From positions 383,492 to 447,491 of the forward strand of contig JAZJZK010000007.1 in the NCBI GenBank assembly GCA_040389905.1: DNA of 64,000 bases. The letters run 5' to 3'. Each line of letters opens with the position of its first letter. Position 1 is the stretch's first letter. Both the position numbers and the translations under genes were made by a program. Under the pieces are notes generated by a model. The model was not told where the DNA came from. It saw only the letters and a list, made by a program, of their open reading frames with translations, and ran no database searches. Below are positions 49,317 through 58,620 of the stretch, in pieces. The DNA comes from Gemmatimonadota bacterium. Lineage in GTDB: Bacteria > Gemmatimonadota > Gemmatimonadetes > Gemmatimonadales > Gemmatimonadaceae.

Positions 49317-50668
49317 AGTCAACGTTGCAGGACGCTATCGCGAGCGGATTGGAGCACGGATGTCACGGATGTCATCCCGAGCGAAGTCGAGGGATCTGCA
49401 CGTTCCGTCTGGGTAAGCTGATCGTTTTTGCGATGCTGATCCTCTGTGCAGTTTCCGTGGCCCACGCGCAACGCATCCTCATCCCGATGGATGATGGACA
49501 GACCAACCACCTCAAGGCCTACGGCCTGACCTACAACGCCATGAAGACCGGTGTGCAGGCGGAGTGGCTGCTGAATTTTCGCGGCGGGTCGTTTCTTCTT
49601 CCCGATGCGCCCGAGCTCCGGCGGCGGGCGGCACTCGACGGCATCTCGTACGAGACGATCACCGACGCGCAGTTGAGCTCCATTCGTCGGGACATTGCCG
49701 CCGGCAACATGGAGAGTGTGCCGCTCGAAAAGGCGCCGCGGATCGCCGTGTATACGCCTCTCGAAGCGCAGCCGTGGGACGATGCCGTTACGCTCGCCCT
49801 CAAGTATGCGGGCATCGAGTTCACGCCGATCTACGACGATCAGGTCGAGCAGGGTGACCTGACGAAGTACGACTGGCTGCACCTGCATCACGAAGATTTC
49901 ACGGGCCAGTTCAACAAGTTCCAGCTCGGGTATCGGGACGCGCCATGGTTCAGGGATCTCGTCGCGAAGAACGCCGCAACGGCGAAAAAGCTCGGCTTCG
50001 CGAGCGTACCCGGCCTCAAGAAGGACGTGGCCGAGCGGATCCGCCTCTTCGTGGAGCGTGGCGGTTTTCTCTTCGCAATGTGCGGTGCGACGGAAACGCT
50101 CGAACTCGCGATCGCCGGCCGCGACGTCGATATCGCGGGCGAGTTTGCGGACGGCACGCCGATGGACCCGGACGCCGACAGCCGCATGCAGTGGAAACGG
50201 TCGCTCGCGTTCAAGGACGCGCACCTCGAACATTCGCCCTTCGTCAACTCGATGAGCGACATCGACGGACACCAGGTCAACGTCCCGGGACGCCGGCAGC
50301 CGCTCGGCACCTTCACGCTGTTCAACTTCTCCGCCAAGTTCGATCCTGTTCCGAGCATGCTGGTGCAGAATCACCGGAGCGTGATCAACGACTACTTCGG
50401 TGTCACGACCAGCTTCACGAAGGCGACGCTCAAGCCAGGGGATATCATACTGGCCACGGAGGAGGGCGCGCCGTGGGTCAAATACATTCACGGTGACTAC
50501 GGCAAGGGCACCTGGACCTACCTCGGCGGCCACGACCCCGAAGATCCCCAGCACGCGATCGGCAACCCGCCGACCGACCTGTCGCTGCGGAAGTCGAGCC
50601 CGGGATACCGGCTCATTCTCAACAACGTGTTGTTCCCCGCGGCGAAGAAGAAGCCTTTGAAGACCTAG
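49313..50668 (+). CDS. Exported class I GATase-like protein (family often labelled 'asparagine synthetase B'); start uncertain
   Basis: ILIPMD..QTNHLKAYG, PWDDAVTL, DWLHLHHEDFTGQ, GGFLFAMC, GGHDPED, GYRLILNN. Confidence 0.7.
   Translation: MKSTLQDAIASGLEHGCHGCHPERSRGICTFRLGKLIVFAMLILCAVSVAHAQRILIPMDDGQTNHLKAYGLTYNAMKTGVQAEWLLNFRGGSFLLPDAPELRRRAALDGISYETITDAQLSSIRRDIAAGNMESVPLEKAPRIAVYTPLEAQPWDDAVTLALKYAGIEFTPIYDDQVEQGDLTKYDWLHLHHEDFTGQFNKFQLGYRDAPWFRDLVAKNAATAKKLGFASVPGLKKDVAERIRLFVERGGFLFAMCGATETLELAIAGRDVDIAGEFADGTPMDPDADSRMQWKRSLAFKDAHLEHSPFVNSMSDIDGHQVNVPGRRQPLGTFTLFNFSAKFDPVPSMLVQNHRSVINDYFGVTTSFTKATLKPGDIILATEEGAPWVKYIHGDYGKGTWTYLGGHDPEDPQHAIGNPPTDLSLRKSSPGYRLILNNVLFPAAKKKPLKT
49370..49403. 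repeat. Copy of the ~34-bp palindromic repeat (reverse orientation)
   Basis: TGTCATCCCGAGCGAAGTCGAGGGATCTGCACGT. Confidence 0.75.
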
Positions 50669-50703
50669 TCCCTCGCCCCTCTTTCGGTGTATCTTCAGGG
50701 GTC

Positions 50704-53232
50704 ATGCCGCGCCCAGCCCCAAAGCCGCCCTCAACGCGCCGACTAGCCAACTCGGCGGCTGCGGCAATGCGCGCTGCAATCAGGCTCGCCGGGGGCCGAG
50801 AGGTGTGCTTCGTCTCCACCCTCGATGAAGATGGAGTTGTGCTCACGGCTCGCGTCGTCGCACGTGGTGACGTCGCAAGCGTGCTCGCCCTGCCTGGCTT
50901 TGCGCGACGTGGCGAGATGCTGCTCCACAATCACCCGTCAGGACTCCTCGAGCCATCTGGAGCGGACTACGACGTCGCGGCGCGAATGCACGACGACGGC
51001 ATCGGTTTCGGGATCATCGACAACGACGCAACCATGTTGTACGTCGTCGTCGAAGTGCCGCGCGCCGAAACGAAGATACGGCTCGACCCCCAAGCCGTGG
51101 CCGCCGATCTCGGGCCCAATGGCGCAATCGCAAAACAACACGTGCGCTATGAGGACCGCGCAAGCCAGCGCGCGATGGCCGCCGCGGTTGCGCGCGTGTA
51201 CAACGAGGGCGGCGTGGGACTGCTCGAGGCAGGCACGGGTGTCGGAAAATCGCTCGGCTACCTTGTGCCGGCGCTTCGCTGGGCGGCGGCCAACGGCGAA
51301 CGCACCGTTGTCTCGACCAACACGATCAATCTTCAGGAACAACTCGTCGGAAAAGATCTGCCCTTTCTTGCGTTGGCGCTCACCGATCAAAAAGTGCGCT
51401 TCGCGCTCCTCAAGGGGTGGCGCAACTATCTGTGTCTCGCCCGCCTGGAGCAGGCGCAAGGCGGTGCAGCGCAACTGTTCGACGAAGGAACCGCGGGAGA
51501 ATTGACGTCGCTCACCGCGTGGTCGAAGCGAACGTCCGACGGCTCACTCGCCGACCTGCCCGTTCCGCCTCGTCCGGAAGTGTGGGATGAAGTTTCGGCG
51601 GAGCCGGATGTGTGCACGCGCATGAAGTGCCCGCACTTCGACAAGTGCTTCCTCTTCAAGGCGCGTCGTGCCGCGGCAGAAGCGGATGTCATCGTGGTGA
51701 ACCATCATCTGCTCCTCTCGGACCTCGCCGTGCGACGCGCAGCGCAGAACTGGGACGATGCCGCAGTGCTTCCCTCGTACAGTCGGCTCGTTGTGGACGA
51801 GGGGCATCACCTGGAAGATGCCGCGTCCTCGCACCTCGGCTCCACCGTCACGCGGCGCGCGCTGCAGCGGCTCGTCGGTCGCCTCGATCGTCGCGGGAAG
51901 GGTCTCCTGCCTGCGCTCAAGATGAAGCTTGCCGCGAGCAAGGACCTTCTCAGCACCGCGAGCCTCGATCTCCTCGAGACCAAACTCGAGCCGTCCGTTC
52001 ACGGGCTCCGCGACAAGAGCGGAATGATGTTCGACCTCCTCGACATTTTCATCCAGGAGTCGGGGCAAACAGTCGTGCGCCTGACGCACGGCTTCGCGTC
52101 GCATTCGATTTGGAAAGCCGGGCTCACACTGGCGCTCGAGGACACGCTTGGCGAGATCGAGTTGCTGCAACGCGGCCTGGTACTCGTGCGCGAACGCATC
52201 GACGGGAGCGTAAAGCTCGACGAGGAAGTGGCACCGCTCATGAGCGAGTTGCGCGCGGTGACGCGCCGGTTGCAGACCGCGGGAGACGGATTGCGCCGCG
52301 CGCTCACGCCGCCGCCAGACGATGATAGCGTCCGCTGGATCGAGGTTCGAGGGCGTGAGCGCTCCGTCGCCGTGTCCTGCGTTCCGCTCGATCTCGCGCC
52401 CATCTTACGGGAAGACCTCTTCAGGCGACTCGACAGCACCATCGTCACGAGCGCCACGCTCACGGCGTCGGTGGGCGATGTCGCGTCAGACGCCCGCAAC
52501 TTCGAGTTCCTTTCCGCTCGGCTCGGTCTCGATGAGCCGGATGTCCTTCCACTGACGGCCGTGTTTCCCTCGCCCTTCGACTATGGGGCACAGTCACTGC
52601 TGGCCATTCCGTCCGACGTGCCACCACCGAATATCGATGCGGATGGTCATCGGGCTGCCGTGGTGCGCATCGTGGTCGATCTCGCCGAGGCGTCCGACGG
52701 CGGACTGTTCGTGTTGTTCACGAGCCACCGCGAAGTCAGGCAACTCGCCGCCGAGCTTCGTTCCCGCGGTACCGACCGGCGCTGGCCCCTCCTCGTACAC
52801 GGCGAGGAGAGTCGCGATGTGCTCCTCGGCAGATTTCGCGATGCCGGTCAGGCCATCCTGCTCGGCACCGCCTCATTCTGGGAGGGCGTGGATGTGCCCG
52901 GCGATGCACTCCGCGGGCTCGTCATCGCAAAACTGCCCTTCCGTGTGCCCAGCGAGCCGGTGACGGCCGCCCAGTGCGAGGCGATCGAGGCGCGCGGAGG
53001 AAACGCGTTTGCCGAGTACATGCTTCCACACGCTTCGTTGCGGCTGAAGCAGGGCTTCGGAAGGCTCATCCGTACGGGGACCGATCGTGGCGTCGTGATT
53101 ATTGCGGATCCGCGCATCGTCACGAAGCGATACGGTCGAGGACTGCTTGATGCGCTCCCGGATGCGCCAAGGGTCATCGCGCGCTGGAGTGTCGTGAAGG
53201 AGAAGGTCCAAGCGTTCTACAATTCGCGCTGA
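50704..53232 (+). CDS. DinG-family helicase with N-terminal JAB/RadC-like domain
   Basis: HNHPSG..PS.AD; EAGTGVGKS, Fe-S cysteines, DEGHH, TSATL, FWEGVDVPG, QGFGRLIR. Confidence 0.9.
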   Translation: MPRPAPKPPSTRRLANSAAAAMRAAIRLAGGREVCFVSTLDEDGVVLTARVVARGDVASVLALPGFARRGEMLLHNHPSGLLEPSGADYDVAARMHDDGIGFGIIDNDATMLYVVVEVPRAETKIRLDPQAVAADLGPNGAIAKQHVRYEDRASQRAMAAAVARVYNEGGVGLLEAGTGVGKSLGYLVPALRWAAANGERTVVSTNTINLQEQLVGKDLPFLALALTDQKVRFALLKGWRNYLCLARLEQAQGGAAQLFDEGTAGELTSLTAWSKRTSDGSLADLPVPPRPEVWDEVSAEPDVCTRMKCPHFDKCFLFKARRAAAEADVIVVNHHLLLSDLAVRRAAQNWDDAAVLPSYSRLVVDEGHHLEDAASSHLGSTVTRRALQRLVGRLDRRGKGLLPALKMKLAASKDLLSTASLDLLETKLEPSVHGLRDKSGMMFDLLDIFIQESGQTVVRLTHGFASHSIWKAGLTLALEDTLGEIELLQRGLVLVRERIDGSVKLDEEVAPLMSELRAVTRRLQTAGDGLRRALTPPPDDDSVRWIEVRGRERSVAVSCVPLDLAPILREDLFRRLDSTIVTSATLTASVGDVASDARNFEFLSARLGLDEPDVLPLTAVFPSPFDYGAQSLLAIPSDVPPPNIDADGHRAAVVRIVVDLAEASDGGLFVLFTSHREVRQLAAELRSRGTDRRWPLLVHGEESRDVLLGRFRDAGQAILLGTASFWEGVDVPGDALRGLVIAKLPFRVPSEPVTAAQCEAIEARGGNAFAEYMLPHASLRLKQGFGRLIRTGTDRGVVIIADPRIVTKRYGRGLLDALPDAPRVIARWSVVKEKVQAFYNSR

Positions 53233-53245
53233 ACGCGCAAGAGTA

Positions 53246-53379
53246 CGCCACACCCCCTGATTTTTCTGTAAGCTGTGGCTGGCAACTGAGCACCTGTCAC
53301 AGCTGACGCGTGGTGGACATCAGCTGTGGCAGGTGCCCAGCGATCAGCCACAGCCAACAGATTCTCAGGGGGTGTGGCG
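53246..53379. repeat. Second inverted pair of the 30351-type unit, opposite arrangement
   Basis: CGCCACACCCCCTGA...CTGAGCACCTGTCACAGCTGA and TCAGCTGTGGCAGGTGCCCAG...TCAGGGGGTGTGGCG. Confidence 0.88.
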
Positions 53380-53412
53380 CTCAAGAAACGACTGAAAAGG
53401 TTATCTTCCTTC

Positions 53413-54030
53413 ATGCCCAATCTCGCCCCATCGAAAATCGTGTGCGTCGGACGCAACTACGCCGCGCACGCCAAGGAACTCGGCAACGATGTTCCGAAGG
53501 AGCCGCTGATCTTCCTCAAGCCTCCGTCGAGCATCATTCGCAACGGGGAATCCATTCGTCTCCCAACAGTGTCCAAACAAGTGGAGTATGAAGGAGAAAT
53601 CGGTGTCGTCGTCGGGAAGCGCCTGACGAACGCGACCGCCGAGGAAGCGAGGGCAGCCGTTGCAGGGATCGTTGCCGCGAACGACGTGACGGCACGCGAC
53701 CTCCAGAAGTCCGATGGACAGTGGACGCGCGCGAAAGGGTTCGACACCTTCTGTGCACTGGGTGAGGTCGCTGACGCTCCGTCCGATCTTTCGTCGCTCA
53801 CCGTGACGACGCGCGTCAATGGCGTCGTGCGGCAGCAGGGCCGGGCAAGTGACATGGTTTTCGATATTCCCGCGGTGCTATCGTACGTCTCAGGCATCAT
53901 GACGCTCGAGCCTGGCGATCTCATCCTCACCGGGACGCCGGATGGTGTAGGGATCATTGCATCGGGCGATGTAGTAGAAATAGAGATCGCCGGCGTGAGC
54001 CGAGTCAGCAACCCTGTCGCCTCCGTCTAG
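53413..54030 (+). CDS. Fumarylacetoacetate hydrolase family protein
   Basis: KIVCVGRNYAAH, FLKP, EYEGE, NDVTARD, KGFDTF, TGTP. Confidence 0.92.
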   Translation: MPNLAPSKIVCVGRNYAAHAKELGNDVPKEPLIFLKPPSSIIRNGESIRLPTVSKQVEYEGEIGVVVGKRLTNATAEEARAAVAGIVAANDVTARDLQKSDGQWTRAKGFDTFCALGEVADAPSDLSSLTVTTRVNGVVRQQGRASDMVFDIPAVLSYVSGIMTLEPGDLILTGTPDGVGIIASGDVVEIEIAGVSRVSNPVASV

Positions 54031-55214
54031 TGCCGCCGTTCGCGCAACGCTTCACCACACTCCCCGAGTATCCGCTCGCGACGATTCCGCAGCGCAAGCG
54101 CGCGCTGCTCGACCGCGGCGTGGACGTGATCGACCTCGGAGCCGGAGACGCGGACCTCGCGCCACCCGCCGCCGCGCTCGAGCGCATGAAGGACGCGGTC
54201 AGTGAACCCGCACTCAGTCGCTATGGCTTCGGGATGGGCTACGTGCCCTATCGCCAGGCCGTCAGCGCCTTCATGCGCAAACGCTTCCGCGTCGAGTTCG
54301 ATCCGATGACCGAGGTCGTGCCGTTGATCGGCTCGAAGGAAGGCATTTCCCATCTTGCCTTCGCCTACATGGAAGAGGGTTCGGTCGGCATCATCCCCGA
54401 ACCGGGTTACAACGCCTATCAGGGCGGCACGCTGCTCGGGGCGGGAGAGGCATACAAATATCCGCTGCGTCCTCGCACGAAGTTTCTCGTCGAACTGGAC
54501 GAGATCCCCTCCTCCGTGTTGGACCGCGCGCGCATCCTGTACCTCAATTATCCGAACAACCCAACCGGCGCGGTTGCTCCAATCGAGTATCTGCAACGCG
54601 TCGTGAACACCTGTCGTGAGCGGGACATCCTGCTCGTCTACGACAACGCGTACTCCGAAATGGCGTTCGACGGATACGTGCCGCCCAGCATCTTCGAGGT
54701 TGAAGGCGCGCGTGACGTCGCGATCGAGTTCCACTCGCTGTCGAAGACGTACAACATGACGGGGTGGCGCTGTGGCTGGGCCGTGGCGCGACCGGAAATC
54801 GCAGGGCCGCTTGCGAAGGTCAAGTCGTTCATGGATACCGGTCAGTTCATGGCGGTACAGGCGGCCGGCGTCGCCGCCATCGAAAGCTGGGAGTCGTTCG
54901 TGCCGGCAAACGTGGCGACGTTCAAGGAGCGTCGTGATGCGGGTGTCGCGGCATTCCGCGCGGCCGGATTCGCGTGCGAAGTCCCGCTTGCCACGATGTA
55001 TCTGTGGATCAAGTTGCCGGATGGCATCGCGTCCGCTGATTTCTTCGAACGGCTCCTCGAAGACGAAGGGGTCATCGTCATGGCGGGCTCCGCCTTCGGA
55101 GCGGGTGGGGAGGGCTTCTTCCGCATCTCGTTCATCACGTCACCTGAGCGAATCACCGAAGCAGCGCAACGTGCTGGGCGCGTGCTCGCCAACATGATGG
55201 CGGGCGTTTCCTGA
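54030..55214 (+). CDS. Class I/II aminotransferase (DapL-like)
   Basis: IGSKEG, NYPNNPTG, DNAYSE, SLSKTYNMTGWR. Confidence 0.88.
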   Translation: MPPFAQRFTTLPEYPLATIPQRKRALLDRGVDVIDLGAGDADLAPPAAALERMKDAVSEPALSRYGFGMGYVPYRQAVSAFMRKRFRVEFDPMTEVVPLIGSKEGISHLAFAYMEEGSVGIIPEPGYNAYQGGTLLGAGEAYKYPLRPRTKFLVELDEIPSSVLDRARILYLNYPNNPTGAVAPIEYLQRVVNTCRERDILLVYDNAYSEMAFDGYVPPSIFEVEGARDVAIEFHSLSKTYNMTGWRCGWAVARPEIAGPLAKVKSFMDTGQFMAVQAAGVAAIESWESFVPANVATFKERRDAGVAAFRAAGFACEVPLATMYLWIKLPDGIASADFFERLLEDEGVIVMAGSAFGAGGEGFFRISFITSPERITEAAQRAGRVLANMMAGVS

Positions 55215-56050
55215 TGAAGCGTCGCGAGTCGGCACCGCTGCTGTTTTCGGTCGCGATTCACGTCGTGCTTGCCATCGTGATTCTGAATGCGGCGTTCCAC
55301 TACGATTTTTCCGGGTCGCCGCGTATCGCTCCGGATCACCCGAAGGCAGAGCGGGTGACGTACATGACAATGCCGCCCGCCGGGCTCTCCACTGGGAACG
55401 ACTCCTCGGCAAAGCGCGCGAAGGCGGCCGTCAAATCGTCGGGCCTCATTGCGCCGCTCCGCGTCCCCACCGTCGTCACGCCATCGGCTGTGGCCGTCGG
55501 CGGAAGTCCCTCAGGTGTCGCAGGCGCCAGCGGTGCGGTTGGAGGTCCCGTCAGCATCACGGCGGGCATCGTGCCGGCGCAACCGGATCCACGGCTCACG
55601 GCGGATGCGCACGCGTTCTATCCGGAGCCCAAGACGCACGCGCAGCGCGTCGACAGCGCAGTCAAGGCGAGCATCCTCGCGTACAATGATTCCGTCGCGA
55701 AGGTCCTAGGGATGAAAGGGCGCGATCCCGGCGACTGGACATTCCAGAAGAATGGACAGAAGTGGGGCATCGACGGGAGCAAGATCTATCTCGGCAAGTT
55801 TGCCATTCCGAGTGCAGTGCTCGCCGCGCTCCCCATTCGGCTTCCGCAGGGGAATCCCGGCGAAGGTCTCGCCGACCGGCTCGCACCGTCGCGGCGGGCG
55901 GACCTCCTGATTCACGCGGATGCCGCCGCACACAACGATGAGTTCAATGCGGCCGTGAAGCGCATTCGCGAGCGAAAGGACAAGGAGCGCGCGGAACGCC
56001 AGCGCGGCGAGGATCCTCGGCCCGTCGCCAATCCCGACATCGTGCCGTAA
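55214..56050 (+). CDS. Hypothetical membrane-anchored protein
   Basis: TM LLFSVAIHVVLAIV, Pro/Ala-rich linker; coupled to upstream gene. Confidence 0.65.
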   Translation: MKRRESAPLLFSVAIHVVLAIVILNAAFHYDFSGSPRIAPDHPKAERVTYMTMPPAGLSTGNDSSAKRAKAAVKSSGLIAPLRVPTVVTPSAVAVGGSPSGVAGASGAVGGPVSITAGIVPAQPDPRLTADAHAFYPEPKTHAQRVDSAVKASILAYNDSVAKVLGMKGRDPGDWTFQKNGQKWGIDGSKIYLGKFAIPSAVLAALPIRLPQGNPGEGLADRLAPSRRADLLIHADAAAHNDEFNAAVKRIRERKDKERAERQRGEDPRPVANPDIVP

Positions 56051-56070
56051 CGGGCGTCAGCCGCCCCACG

Positions 56071-56736
56071 TTAGTTGACGGCTGTATCTCCGCTCACCGG
56101 CAGCGATGGCTGCTGGTTGCCTTCCATGAAGGGCCGGAACACGCCACACACGACACCGAGCACCGCGAAGTCATCCTTCGGGCCGACTTCGATCGAGCGA
56201 TCCGCGTCATTGGCCGGCTCGAGGATGATCGTCGCACCACGGTGCATCAGCGTCTTGATCGTCGCCTCCTCACCCAGGCGCGCTGCCACGATGTCGCCGT
56301 CTTTTGCGCGAGCCGATGGCGAGACGAGCACGTAGTCGTCCGGGAAGATTCCCCGTCCCAGCATCGACTCGCCCTTCACCTTGAGGAAGAAAACGTCGTC
56401 GCCGGGGAGGAAGCGACGGTCCATGGTGATGTACGCGACACGGTGGTCTGGCAGAAGCGCAGGCTCTCCCGCATGGACACGACCATAGTACGGAACCGGC
56501 TGCGTGCTCGATTGGCCGGAATGCCCGACGATTCGAACGCCCCGCGAGCGCGATTGATCGCGCTCGATGAAACCCTTTTGCGAAAGTGATCCCAGGAGAT
56601 CACTGACAGTCTTCGTCGACTTGATGCGAAACTTCTTCGCGATCTCGCGAATGCTGGGCTGGTACGTGTTCTCCGCCAGGAAGTCGATCAGGTAGTGATA
56701 CACCCGTCGTTCCAGCGGAGTGAGGGGCTCGGTCAT
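56071..56736 (-). CDS. lexA: LexA repressor
   Basis: PSIREIA wHTH, SRGV, GRVHAG cleavage site, GESM, ATIK. Confidence 0.93.
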   Translation of the reverse strand: MTEPLTPLERRVYHYLIDFLAENTYQPSIREIAKKFRIKSTKTVSDLLGSLSQKGFIERDQSRSRGVRIVGHSGQSSTQPVPYYGRVHAGEPALLPDHRVAYITMDRRFLPGDDVFFLKVKGESMLGRGIFPDDYVLVSPSARAKDGDIVAARLGEEATIKTLMHRGATIILEPANDADRSIEVGPKDDFAVLGVVCGVFRPFMEGNQQPSLPVSGDTAVN

Positions 56737-56874
56737 GCTGCCTCACGGCATCACAAAAAGTGGTCGGACTCCGAGTCATGCCGGCGCCCGATTTCTTACG
56801 AATTCTCCGCTAATGTATGCGTCGGCGGACTCAGCGCAACACCCGTCACGGTTTACTTGTTGCAGTTCAAGTGT

Positions 56875-58326
56875 TTACAGGGCAAGCAATGCCGCGTCGA
56901 GACGGGCGAGTGAACGCTCGCGACCGAGAAGGGCGAGAACGTCAAAAATCCCAGGGCTCGCGCTCTGGCCCGTTAGGGCAACACGCAAAGGTTGAAAGAT
57001 CTTGCCCGCCTTGTCGCCAAGACCGAGCCCGTCGGCAAGGGCGCGCAACGCCGCCTCCATTTCTACCTGTTCCCACTGAGGCAGCGCCGATAGTGCGTCA
57101 CGAACGCCCGCGAGTAACGATGCGGTGGCCGTTCGATCCTTCCAGTGTTTCGCGACGGCATCGGGCGCAAGCTGGACATCATCGGTGAAATACGTCCGCG
57201 CCTGTTCGACAATCTCACTGACAGTCCGCGCACGGACCACCAGGAGCGTGAGCAGCAGCGAATACCACCCGTGACGCTGATCGAGATACTCCTGCGTCGT
57301 TAGCCCGCTGGCGACGAGTGCTGGCGACACCAGTGCTTTCAACTCCGTGACTGGAAGAAGCCGGAGGTGCTCACCGTTCATCCACTCGAGCTTCTTCGTG
57401 TCGAAAATCGCGGCCTTCTTCTGCAATCCCTTGGTATCGAATCGCTCGACCATCTGCGCGAGCGTCATCAACTCGACATCATTGCCGGGCGCCCAGCCGA
57501 GGAGCGCGAGAAAGTTGAGCATCGCGCCGGGAAGAATGCCGAGATGCTGGTAGTCGCCGACCGCCGTCGCGCCGTGCCGCTTGCTCAGCTTCTTACCGTC
57601 GAGACCGTGAATCATCGGCAAGTGAGCGAACTGCGGGAGTTCTGCGCCGAGTGCTCGGTAGAGTAAAATCTGTTTCGGCGTGTTGGAGATGTGGTCATCA
57701 CCGCGCATCACGAGCGTGATCGCCATCGCAATGTCGTCACTGACGACCGCCATGTTGTAAATCGGCGTGCCGTCGGTACGGAGGATGATGAAATCCTCGA
57801 TGTCCTTGTTCGGAAAGCTGATCGTCTCGTGCACGAGATCATCCCATTCCGTCGCGCCCTCGGGCACGCGGAAGCGCACGGTAAATGGCGAACCTGCCGC
57901 CAGATGCGCGTCGACCTCCGCCGCATCGAGCCGATCGCACCGCCGATCGTACTTGAAGCTGCCACCGGCCGCTTCCGCCGCGGCACGACGCTGCGCCAGA
58001 TCCTCCTGCGTGCAGAAGCAGCGATACGCGGCACCGCTCGCGAGCAAGCGCTCGGCATCCGCCCGGTGTCGTTCCACGTTCGCGCCCTGGTAGACGACCG
58101 TCTCATCCCACGACAATCCGAGCCAGTTGAGGCCATCAAAGATCGCGCGCGTGCTTTCGTCGGTCGAGCGCGCCTTGTCCGTATCCTCCACGCGTAGCAG
58201 GAACTGGCCGCCGAACTTCTGCGCGTAGAGCCAGTTAAAGAGCGCCGTGCGCGCACCGCCGACATGGAGGTATCCCGTTGGCGAGGGGGCGAAACGCAGG
58301 CGTGGTACTGACGGATTGGCGGCCAT
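56875..58326 (-). CDS. gltX: Glutamate--tRNA ligase
   Basis: RFAPSPTGYLHVGG, RGDDH, KLSKR. Confidence 0.97.
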   Translation of the reverse strand: MAANPSVPRLRFAPSPTGYLHVGGARTALFNWLYAQKFGGQFLLRVEDTDKARSTDESTRAIFDGLNWLGLSWDETVVYQGANVERHRADAERLLASGAAYRCFCTQEDLAQRRAAAEAAGGSFKYDRRCDRLDAAEVDAHLAAGSPFTVRFRVPEGATEWDDLVHETISFPNKDIEDFIILRTDGTPIYNMAVVSDDIAMAITLVMRGDDHISNTPKQILLYRALGAELPQFAHLPMIHGLDGKKLSKRHGATAVGDYQHLGILPGAMLNFLALLGWAPGNDVELMTLAQMVERFDTKGLQKKAAIFDTKKLEWMNGEHLRLLPVTELKALVSPALVASGLTTQEYLDQRHGWYSLLLTLLVVRARTVSEIVEQARTYFTDDVQLAPDAVAKHWKDRTATASLLAGVRDALSALPQWEQVEMEAALRALADGLGLGDKAGKIFQPLRVALTGQSASPGIFDVLALLGRERSLARLDAALLAL

Positions 58327-58335
58327 GGGTGACTG

Positions 58336-58370
58336 AGGTGCAGGCCCTGTGCTTCACTCGAGGGCGACAA
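58336..58370. repeat. Degenerate copy of the ~34-bp palindromic repeat
   Basis: AGGTGCAGGCCCTGTGCTTCACTCGAGGGCGACAA, about 10 bp upstream of the gltX start. Confidence 0.7.
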
Positions 58371-58386
58371 AGATGGAGACAAATGA

Positions 58387-58419
58387 CGAAAGCCCGCCGC
58401 GGGCGGCGGCGGGCTTTCG
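58387..58419 (-). terminator. 14-bp stem hairpin after tRNA-Ser(GCT), probable terminator
   Basis: CGAAAGCCCGCCGC-gggcg-GCGGCGGGCTTTCG. Confidence 0.65.
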
Positions 58420-58422
58420 GAG

Positions 58423-58511
58423 CGGAGAGAGAGGGATTCGAACCCTCGGTAGAAGTTACCCCCTACGCCGGTTTAGCAAACCGGTGCCTTCAGCCTCTCG
58501 GCCATCTCTCC
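58423..58511 (-). tRNA. tRNA-Ser (GCT)
   Basis: GGAGAGATGGCCGAGAGG...CCGGTTTGCTAAACCGG, long variable arm, GGTTCGAATCC. Confidence 0.96.
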
Positions 58512-58620
58512 ATGAGGCAGCACGCATAGCGTGCTGCAGGGAATGTAACCGTTCGTTCCGCGTCGCTGCAACGGGCGAGACGTCGCCGTGACGTCGCGAC
58601 AGGACGATAGTCGTTGCAGC

